Below the pieces are notes generated by a model. It was not told where the DNA came from. It saw only the letters and a list, made by a program, of their open reading frames with translations, and made no database searches. Shown here one piece after another: positions 42,979-51,500 of a stretch of DNA of 60,561 bases. Position 1 is the first letter of the stretch. The number at the start of each line of letters is the position of its first letter. The position numbers and the translations under genes are program-made. The stretch comes from a virus (taxonomy: Duplodnaviria > Caudoviricetes), in the IMG/VR virus record IMGVR_UViG_3300020179_000033, positions 1-60,561 of that record. The stretch is one strand, 5' to 3'.

Positions 42979-43806
42979 ATGAAATACGTGTTTAGTGTTA
43001 AGCAAGGTCAAGGTGTACAAAAAATTGTACCGGTTTTACCTACTGCCACAACGACTATGACACCTACACCCACTATTACACCTTCTATAACACCTTCTGG
43101 GTTTCCCACGCCTACTCCTTCTATTACACCTACTATTACTAAGACACCGACCATCACACCTACTATTACTAAGACACCCACTATTACACCTACTATCACG
43201 AGAACACCTACACGTACACCAACAACTACAAGAACGCCTACACCCACACCTACTGTAACACCACTAATACTTTTCAGGCAGCCGTTTAGATATCTCTTAG
43301 TTGGTTTTAACTTTAATGGTAATGATTTTGATGCTGAGGCCGCTGTAAACGATATTCCTGGCTATATAAATAACTATGTACCTGTAGGCGGTTGTCCCAA
43401 TCCTGGCGAAACAACATCTGTAGATTCGCTATCATATGGGGGTGATGTAAAGAGTTCTGTTGGCCAAGAGCAAATACTAATCGATCTTAGAACCTTAAGT
43501 GCTATAGCCATACCTACCACATCAGTGGTAAATATAGGATTGTCGGGTAACTGGTATACCTTATTTTCTATTAACCCTGCATGGTCATTTACATTATCAT
43601 TTAGCGCTATTAATGGTGGGGAAATGACTTGGGATCAAACAAATTATAAGTTTGATATAAGTGGTGGAACTGTTGTTGATACTAAGGACTTTGTATTCCC
43701 TGCAACCTCTCTGGCGAGTGGTCAAGTATGTACACCACCGTCTTATAAGTCTATATCTGAGTTAATTTATTACGTCAATATAGGTGAAATACAGGTAAAT
43801 TACTAA
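42979..43806 (+). CDS. Short N-peptide + Thr/Pro stalk + beta-rich tip domain
   Basis: About 75 aa of TPTITKTPT repeats followed by a globular domain. Confidence 0.65.
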   Translation: MKYVFSVKQGQGVQKIVPVLPTATTTMTPTPTITPSITPSGFPTPTPSITPTITKTPTITPTITKTPTITPTITRTPTRTPTTTRTPTPTPTVTPLILFRQPFRYLLVGFNFNGNDFDAEAAVNDIPGYINNYVPVGGCPNPGETTSVDSLSYGGDVKSSVGQEQILIDLRTLSAIAIPTTSVVNIGLSGNWYTLFSINPAWSFTLSFSAINGGEMTWDQTNYKFDISGGTVVDTKDFVFPATSLASGQVCTPPSYKSISELIYYVNIGEIQVNY

Positions 43807-43890
43807 TGTTTAATATTAATCTATTAGTCGTGCACATAAAGAAAAGAAAGATAAAAGGTTGAATTCATAAACGAAAAGAATAATTACTAC

Positions 43891-44517
43891 ATGAATATAT
43901 TTAATAACGACAACCCTCACACAAATGGAGAAGTTGAACTAATTTCTTCTTTGCCTAAAAATCTTACTATATTTGATGTTGGTAGTAGGTCGGATAGTGA
44001 ATTTTTAAATTATGAAGGCGTTGTTCATTATTTTGAACCTGTGCCCGAATTTTTAGAGCGCTTAAAAACTTTTTCTAATAAAAACACAGAAAGTTATTTT
44101 AATAATTTTGGTTTATCTAATTTAAGTGAATCACTTTTTTATTATCCTAGGCATCAATCTTTTGTTAACAGATCAAGAGATTCAAAAAACGATAAAGTAT
44201 TGTTACAGCTCATGAAGGGAGATGAATACATTTTAAAAAATAATATATCTAAAATTGATTTTCTTAAAATAGATACCGAAGGGTTTGAATTTAATGTACT
44301 TAAGGGATTTGAAACCTCTATAGATTTAATAGACACTATTCAGTTTGAATATGGCGGTTGTTTTTCTGATAATAATATAACTTTAAATGAGGTTTGTAGC
44401 TTTTTAAAAACTAAAGGGTTTAATTTGTTTTATTATGTAGCACCAACTAACCCCGTTTTATTAAGCAATTTTTCAGACCATTATCAATATAGTAATATTC
44501 TTTGTAAAAGAAAATAA
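43891..44517 (+). CDS. FkbM-family methyltransferase
   Basis: IFDVG, HYFEP, NNFGLS, IDFLKIDTEGFEFNVLKG, IQFEYG. Confidence 0.9.
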   Translation: MNIFNNDNPHTNGEVELISSLPKNLTIFDVGSRSDSEFLNYEGVVHYFEPVPEFLERLKTFSNKNTESYFNNFGLSNLSESLFYYPRHQSFVNRSRDSKNDKVLLQLMKGDEYILKNNISKIDFLKIDTEGFEFNVLKGFETSIDLIDTIQFEYGGCFSDNNITLNEVCSFLKTKGFNLFYYVAPTNPVLLSNFSDHYQYSNILCKRK

Positions 44518-44519
44518 CT

Positions 44520-44593
44520 CGCACCTGGCAGGACTCGAACCTGCTACCAACGGATTAGAAATCCGTTGCTCTATCCAGATGAGCTACAGGTGC
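44520..44593 (-). tRNA. tRNA-Arg(UCU)
   Basis: Cloverleaf folded by hand: acceptor GCACCTG/CAGGTGC, anticodon arm ACGGA-TTTCTAA-TCCGT, T-loop TTCGAGT. CCA not encoded. Confidence 0.95.
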
Positions 44594-44595
44594 AA

Positions 44596-44690
44596 TGGTA
44601 CCTCCGGTAGGATTCGAACCTACGTTTTGCGCTAATCTGGCGCCAAGCACGGGTATAAGCCATGTGTCTTAACCACTAGACGACGGAGGC
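44596..44690 (-). tRNA. tRNA with UAU anticodon (Ile) and long variable arm
   Basis: Acceptor GCCTCCG/CGGAGGT + ACCA; CATGG-CTTATAC-CCGTG; 24-nt variable region with a GCGC/GCGC stem; GTAGG-TTCGAAT-CCTAC. Confidence 0.9.
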
Positions 44691-44693
44691 AAA

Positions 44694-44990
44694 TTATTTT
44701 GCTTTATCTATATCATCTTGTTCTAAAAGCCCTACAATATCCATTCCATACTTTTCTTTAAAGTATAGCTTTACTTGTTTAAAAGTTTTAGAAAACTCTT
44801 TTTTATCATTAGCATATCTTAATTCTAGTTCCAAAAATCGCCTACAATATTTTTCATATTGCTTTGAATCAAAAACTTCTTGTTTGTCTAGATTTTCAAC
44901 TGCCTCTGCAATTTTATTTGATTCTCGAATTACCCATTTGTAGTTTTCGTTAAGAATATCTAGTTTAATAAGCAAATTATCAATATTCAT
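44694..44990 (-). CDS. Hypothetical coiled-coil protein
   Basis: Start moved to MNIDN (44990) because the ORF-track start lies inside tRNA-Leu. Confidence 0.6.
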   Translation of the reverse strand: MNIDNLLIKLDILNENYKWVIRESNKIAEAVENLDKQEVFDSKQYEKYCRRFLELELRYANDKKEFSKTFKQVKLYFKEKYGMDIVGLLEQDDIDKAK

Positions 44991-44997
44991 TTTTTTA

Positions 44998-45070
44998 TGG
45001 CCCAAATCGGACTCGAACCGATACTTGAACGATTTTAAGTCGTTTGTCTCTGCCGTTGGACTACTGGGCC
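44998..45070 (-). tRNA. tRNA-Leu(UAA) with short variable loop
   Basis: GGCCCAG/TTGGGCC + A; AACGA-CTTAAAA-TCGTT; 5-nt variable loop CAAGT; 73 nt. Confidence 0.9.
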
Positions 45071-45071
45071 A

Positions 45072-45437
45072 TCAATCCTCCTCTGTATTATCTTTAGGAA
45101 TAACAGCCATAGGCTTATCACCTAGTTTACCGTAATATTTCCACAATCCATTAAAATCGTCAGTAATAGTATATTCTATGCCATAGATAATTAAACCAGG
45201 CGTCACATCTACTAACTTTAATATTTCGTTAACTTCTTTATTTGTAATTTCATATTCACCAACCGATTCGTTAAAAAAAGGTCCTGTAAAACAACGATTA
45301 GAATTAGTACAAACCTTAATCTTTGTAATAAATTCTTTATCTTCTAGCTCTACTGGTTTATCAAATTGACGAGGTGAATAAAAAGCCAATTCCTGAAAAG
45401 TATAAGGCAGTCCGTTTTTTACCTTGCGCCGGTACAT
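45072..45437 (-). CDS. Hypothetical protein
   Basis: 121-aa ORF directly downstream of a sigma70 promoter and upstream of the tRNA cluster. Confidence 0.65.
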   Translation of the reverse strand: MYRRKVKNGLPYTFQELAFYSPRQFDKPVELEDKEFITKIKVCTNSNRCFTGPFFNESVGEYEITNKEVNEILKLVDVTPGLIIYGIEYTITDDFNGLWKYYGKLGDKPMAVIPKDNTEED

Positions 45438-45443
45438 TTAAAC

Positions 45444-45471
45444 ATTATGGAGGAAAAGGTTATAACGTCAA
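45444..45471 (-). promoter_or_regulatory. Sigma70-type promoter for the ORF + tRNA Leu/Ile/Arg operon
   Basis: TTGACG-16 nt-CATAAT, then 6 nt to ATG 45437. Confidence 0.65.
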
Positions 45472-45617
45472 GGATATTTGTAAATTTTCTTACCTTTTTT
45501 GACAATATAATTACGGATTTCTCTGCCTTCCTTTGTAGTCCAATTAACTACATCGAAATTATTGTCAAATACTTTCTTTTTAACGGGCCTGTATTTATCA
45601 CCTTTTCCTGCGCTCAT
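45468..45617 (-). CDS. Small basic protein (49 aa), absent from the ORF track
   Basis: MSAGKGDKYRPVKKKVFDNNFDVVNW...KYP; preceded by TGGATT-17-TAAACT-6-ATG. Confidence 0.6.
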   Translation of the reverse strand: MSAGKGDKYRPVKKKVFDNNFDVVNWTTKEGREIRNYIVKKGKKIYKYP

Positions 45618-45674
45618 AGTATAAGTTTAGCCTTATTTATTTAAAAAATCCATAAATAATTCATAGGCTTTAAA

Positions 45675-48464
45675 ATGAATAGTATAACTTATTTATCTGG
45701 CGGAACTACTGTTATTCTTTTTAAAGGCTATAATTTTGATTATACAAGGTTTGTATATCTAAGTACTACCAACGACAATAGTGAAGCATATAGTACAGAG
45801 ACAGTAGATTATTTTCCAGGTTCGTCGTTATACCCCGCATTTACAGGATTTAAATACACAGACTTTTCTATAGCAGAAAATATACTAACATTAAACGTAT
45901 CTAATTTATCAGGCGGTGGGTATTATGATGTTATTATATTTACTAATGCGGGATACACAAAGCTTTCAGATAACAATCTTTTAATAAACGCAAGTAATAT
46001 GGGTGCCTATGTTATTCCTACTCCAACACCTACAGCTTCTATAACACCCTCACCTACACTTACTCCAACAATTACCCCGACGATATCTATCACCCCCACT
46101 ATTACACCAACAGTAACACCCACTACTTCAATTACGCCTACTATAACACCTACTAAAACACTTACACCTACTTTAACTCCAACAAAGACCGCTACACCTA
46201 CTATTACACCTACTGAAACAGTTACACCAACCATAACACCCACTGTAACAGTTACATCTACTACAACCCCAACAAATACAGTTACTATTACACCTACAAG
46301 ATCTTTAACACCTACACCTACAAAAACAGTAACTATAACACCAACTGAAACTGTCACTCCAACTATAACACGCACTATAACACCTACTATTACTCCGACT
46401 AAAACTAACACACCAACTGTAACTCCAACCCCATCAATTACACCTACAGAAACTATTACACCGACTACTACAAAAACACCAACACCTACACCAACTATTA
46501 CTAAAACAATAACACCTACAGCTACAAACACCCCGACAGAGACACCCACTTTAACCCCTACAAAAACAACTACACCTACAATAACTCCAACAAAAACTAT
46601 AACCCCAACCATTACTAATACACCGGGTGCTTCACCCACACCAACAAAAACACCTACACCTACAAGAACATCAACACCTACAATAACACCTACCATTACA
46701 AAAACACCAACTGTAACACCATCACGAACCCCAAAAAGAACACCAACACCTACAAGAACTTCAACACTTACACCTACAAGAACTCCGACAACCACTATTA
46801 CACCTACAATTACACCTACAATTACGCCAACTGAAACCGTAACCCCTACAATTACGCCAACTGAAACTGTTACACCGACAACCACTATTACACCTACAAG
46901 AACTCCGACAAATACAGTTACACCTACAAGAACTCCTACAAATACAGTTACACCAACAGTTACAATTACGCCTACCGTTACACCTACTAATAGTGTTACA
47001 CCTACAATAACACCTACAACCACACCTACTATGTTTGTCTTTAATGTATTTGATGAAGCTAAGAATTATATAACACCTACACCTACAGTTACTGTTACTA
47101 TAACACCTACTGTTACTGTTACACCAACAGTTACTACAACTACAACACCTACTACCACGCCTACTGAAACTGTTACTCCAACAACCACTCCAACTATAAC
47201 TCCTACTAAAACTGTTACACCGACAATAACTCCTACCGAAACTGTTACTTCAACACCAACTATAACTCCTACTGAAACTGTTACTCCTACAGTAACGACA
47301 ACTACAACGATAACACCAACTATAACTCCCACTGAAACTGTTACTCCTACAGTAACGACAACTACAACGATAACACCAACTATAACTCCCACTGAAACTG
47401 TTACTCCTACAGTAACGACAACTGCAAATCTGTCACCCACGCCTACTGCAACCATGACACTTACACCGACGGAAACACCTACTACCACACCTACTGAAAC
47501 TGTTACTCCCACAGTTACTCCTACTGAAACAGTAACCTCTACAGTCACCCCTACTATTACCCCCACAGAAACTGTTACTCCCACAGTTACTCCTACTGAA
47601 ACAGTGACTTCAACGGTGACGCCTACCGAAACTGTTACCCCCACAGTTACCCCAACACTTACGCCTACTGTAACACCTACTGAGACTGTCACCCCTACAG
47701 TAACACCTACCGAAACTGTTACAACTACACCTACTACAACAGTTACACCTTCATTAACTCCTACAGAAACCGTCACTCCAACTGTTACTCCTTCAGTAAC
47801 AGTTACACCTACAATAACACCTACTGTGACGCCTTCTAAATTTGTCTTTAATGTATTTGATGAAGCTAAAAATTATATAACACCTACAGTCACGCCTACA
47901 GCTACAGTAACACCTACTACCACTACAACTGTTACGCCTACAGTAACTCCTACAGAAACCGTCACTCCAACTGTTACGCCTACTAGTAGTATTACGCCTA
48001 CAGTAACTCCTACAGAAACCGTCACTCCAACTGCAACGTTAACGCAAACACCGACTACAACACCTACTATTACTCCGACTATTACCCCTACAAATACAAG
48101 TGTACCGACATTTGCTTTTGAAAAGACATATGCATGCCCAGTGCCTCCTGAATTACAGTTCCAGCCCTCTGCAAGTGACCCTACATATATTGGAATACAG
48201 TATCAAGGTACTTGCTCATCTCCAAACACCTATCCATCTAAAGTCGGTACAACAGTATTTCAATCTAATTCTGTATTTGGACCTATATATTGCTTCTTAG
48301 ACGGTAATTTAAAAACGCTGATTAAGAAAGACGGTATTATCAGTAATTTAAATATTTTCTATGTAACGTTTAATGGTGATGCTACCCAAACTAAATACTA
48401 TGCAAGGCTTGTTGCTAATAGCTATTACTACTTCGTTACGGGGGGTGATTATTGGCCGGTTTAA
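45675..48464 (+). CDS. Mucin-like virion protein: Ig-like N-domain + about 700-aa Thr/Pro stalk + Cys-containing tip
   Basis: N-terminal [13 protein letters not shown]; very long TP tract; TAAATA at 45653. Confidence 0.75.
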   Translation: MNSITYLSGGTTVILFKGYNFDYTRFVYLSTTNDNSEAYSTETVDYFPGSSLYPAFTGFKYTDFSIAENILTLNVSNLSGGGYYDVIIFTNAGYTKLSDNNLLINASNMGAYVIPTPTPTASITPSPTLTPTITPTISITPTITPTVTPTTSITPTITPTKTLTPTLTPTKTATPTITPTETVTPTITPTVTVTSTTTPTNTVTITPTRSLTPTPTKTVTITPTETVTPTITRTITPTITPTKTNTPTVTPTPSITPTETITPTTTKTPTPTPTITKTITPTATNTPTETPTLTPTKTTTPTITPTKTITPTITNTPGASPTPTKTPTPTRTSTPTITPTITKTPTVTPSRTPKRTPTPTRTSTLTPTRTPTTTITPTITPTITPTETVTPTITPTETVTPTTTITPTRTPTNTVTPTRTPTNTVTPTVTITPTVTPTNSVTPTITPTTTPTMFVFNVFDEAKNYITPTPTVTVTITPTVTVTPTVTTTTTPTTTPTETVTPTTTPTITPTKTVTPTITPTETVTSTPTITPTETVTPTVTTTTTITPTITPTETVTPTVTTTTTITPTITPTETVTPTVTTTANLSPTPTATMTLTPTETPTTTPTETVTPTVTPTETVTSTVTPTITPTETVTPTVTPTETVTSTVTPTETVTPTVTPTLTPTVTPTETVTPTVTPTETVTTTPTTTVTPSLTPTETVTPTVTPSVTVTPTITPTVTPSKFVFNVFDEAKNYITPTVTPTATVTPTTTTTVTPTVTPTETVTPTVTPTSSITPTVTPTETVTPTATLTQTPTTTPTITPTITPTNTSVPTFAFEKTYACPVPPELQFQPSASDPTYIGIQYQGTCSSPNTYPSKVGTTVFQSNSVFGPIYCFLDGNLKTLIKKDGIISNLNIFYVTFNGDATQTKYYARLVANSYYYFVTGGDYWPV
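46017..48107 (+). repeat. 2.1-kb coding Thr/Pro tract, including a near-exact 60-bp tandem (about 47252-47423)
   Basis: [20 protein letters not shown] repeated about three times with near-identical DNA. Confidence 0.95.
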
Positions 48465-48489
48465 GTGTAATTTAAGTATGGTTTATACA

Positions 48490-48495
48490 TAAATA
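48490..48495 (+). promoter_or_regulatory. Late promoter core TAAATA
   Basis: 6 nt before ATG 48502. Confidence 0.7.
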
Positions 48496-48501
48496 TATTA
48501 T

Positions 48502-51500
48502 ATGGCCGGTAATGCACGATTTCATAATAAATGGCATAGAAGAAATCACCATTCTTCGCCTTCAACAGGTTATCCGGACTCTGGAACAGATCCAATAGCC
48601 TCATCTGAAGAACCATTTATTGGTGATTTTGTAACTTATAATTCAATCTCTGCACATGAAAATCTTTATATTGATGGCGACGCTACTATTCAAGGAAATT
48701 TGTCGGTTTACGGAGAATTTACTTATTTAGATACTGTTGTTTCTGTTACAAGCGCATTAAGCGTCATTAATCACGGCACAGGACCAGCACTAACAGTTGA
48801 ACAATGGGGCCCTCAACCAATTGCAAGATTTATTGATGGTGATGCACAGGGTGGACCAAAAACTGCTTTGTTTATTGCAGATCAAGGACATGTTATTGTA
48901 AATGGAGTTTCTGCTGCACAAAAATATGATCCTTATCAAGGCTTGTCGGCATCAGTACCTATGGATTTTTCTGTATATGGTAATGCTTATGCGAAAAAAG
49001 CTTTTATTTATGATAGACCAGATGGTAATACTGTTTATGTAAGTACTACCGGCTCTGATTTAAATAGCGGATTAAACCCATCTCAAAAAGTTCGAACAAT
49101 TAAAAAAGCCTGTCAAATAGTTTTTAATGTTTACGGTACTAATAAAGCTACTATTCAAGTTGAAGCAGGCGATTATACAGAAGTAAATCCAATTTATGTA
49201 CCGGCAGGTACTTCGATAATTGGTGAAGCGTTTTTACGAAGAACAAATGTAAGACCTTACCACAAACAAATGGATATTTTTTGGCTTAACACTGCATGCT
49301 ACATGTGGGGCTTTACTTTTCGTGATACCTGGGACCCTTGTGCTGCAACAGCATTTCCTAATTTAGATAAAAGAAGCGCAGCTTACAAGGTTGCGTTTAA
49401 TACACCTGGATATGAAATAGACACTACAAAACCTGGTGGTCCTTTTGGTTTACCAATCGTATCTAAACCATTTGTTACTACCAGCCCTTATACTCAGGGT
49501 ATGAGCTCTATTACTAATTATTTAAAAGTACCTATACAACCAGATTTATTTCCAAGTTACTTTTTACCCAATACACAGCACTTTGAATTATTTGATGACG
49601 GGGAAAATGTAAAAAGATTATTTAGCATAATTACTGAAACACTCTCTACCGGTATTGTACCTACACCACCGGCCATATTTGCTCCTAACAATTATACACC
49701 TACTGCTACAAACATACTTACATATAGTTTAAGCTCTATAAAAGAAGAAGTAATTAACTATATTGATAGTAATTCTCCTCCTGATGATTATGATAAAACA
49801 AAATGCAGGAGAGATCTTGAGTATATAATTAATGCAGTAATTGATGGAGTTACTACTGGTACATCTACCTCTGCAGTCAATGCTGCTAACGCCTATCTTA
49901 TAGGAGGATACGTACCAATAGGTGGATTACCAGAAGATCAAATTGAATCAACTATAGGAGCGTATAATTATGCGAAGGATCTTTGCCTTGCAGCTATACA
50001 ACCCGGTAAGCAAGAGCAATCTAATGTAGAGCTTTCTTTTGATGTTGTGGCTAATATTATTGAAACAGGAGTATCTCCTTTACCAGTAACCACAACGCCT
50101 TCTATTGGAAGCGCTATGGCGATAACGTTACTACAAACAAATAGTGCATTTATTCAAGAAGCTACAGTAAGATGGGTTTCATATAATTATCCCTTACTTG
50201 CATATAGTAGAGACAAATGCTTTAGAGATGTGGGTTATATTATTGAAGCTACTGTTTACGATTTAGTTAATAATACAACATTAAGTGCTATAAGTGCAGG
50301 TCAATTTTATTTTAGCGGCACATCTAGTGTCCTCCCAAGTGATCAAGTTACACAAACTGCAGATGCTATAAGATTTGCAAAATCTGTTGCAGTAGATGTT
50401 ATTAATAACAAATATCTTAAAACATATGAACAAAGATTTGATAACACCTATACTAACGGCTATTTAGCTACCAGTTATATTACTAGCGAATTTAATACAA
50501 TTATTAATATTATTAGAAACGGTGTTGCAGTATTGCCACCAGTGGTTTCAATACCTGTTAATAATGATGCTGCAACACTATTAAATCTCAATAAACCATT
50601 TGTACAAAAAACAGTAATTAATTATGTTGATAAAACATTTCCGGGGTTTGCTTATAGTAGAGAAATTTGTGAACGCGATGCAGGATTAATTATCGATTGT
50701 ATTGTCGATGATCTTAATAATGGAACTAACGTAAAAGCTATAAGCGCAGGTAGTAGATATTATAGAGGTAATTCTAGTGTAATTATTGGTCAAGAAGTAC
50801 AAACTATTGCAGCATTAAGATATATTAATTTCTTAGCTAATAAAATAGTTACAAATACACCAGCCATTACATCTCAAACGTTTAATCCGTTTCTTTCTTC
50901 TGGCTATTTATTAAAAGAAGATGTAGCTAGATCTTTCGATCAAATAACTGATATTATTTTAACTGGAGAGAAGCCAGAAAATCAATTTTTTGATCCATTA
51001 ATGCCAAGTGGTGGCTTAGCTGCCGGGTTTGTTGCTGATTCTTGGAATTTAATAGCAAATATAATAGCTAGTAATGGTACATTTTCACCGCCCGTAACAA
51101 GCTCGGGATCTTCTGTGCCTGGAGCAGCAGATGCTATATCTTTATTAACAGATAATAAAAAGTATATTCAAAGATTAGTGGTTGAATATGTAGATAGAAT
51201 TTATCCTAAATTAATTTACAGCAGAGATTTATGTTTTAGAGATGCAGGGTTAATTATTGATAGTATTGTTCAAGATTTAGTACTAAATACTAATTTCTTT
51301 AGTATCTCCGCTGGGCAAGCTTACTTTAAGTTTAATGAAAGCTTAATACCCGGTCAAGAATCGCCTACAGTAGCTGCTATATTGTTTGCCAATTTAGTAT
51401 CTCAAGCTGTAATAACGAATACTCCGTTTAGTTACTACACACAACAATATGATCCTGCATATGCTCAGGGAATTACTGCAGGACCATATGTACAAACAGC

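Noticed and set aside
44998-45070. Group I intron in tRNA-Leu(UAA)
   Set aside because: The anticodon loop is contiguous and the gene is 73 nt.
45447-45644. 65-aa plus-strand ORF
   Set aside because: It is antisense to a better-supported 49-aa gene and overlaps two minus-strand promoters.
46007-47776. Long Val/Gly-rich minus-strand ORFs (also 27033-27611, 36776-37399, 43008-43247, 54854-55159)
   Set aside because: They are the reverse complement of Thr/Pro codon runs, which rarely generate stops; they have no promoter or independent signal.
27148-48107. CRISPR array or non-coding repeat array
   Set aside because: Repeats are in-frame, codon-degenerate and lack unique spacers; no cas genes are present.
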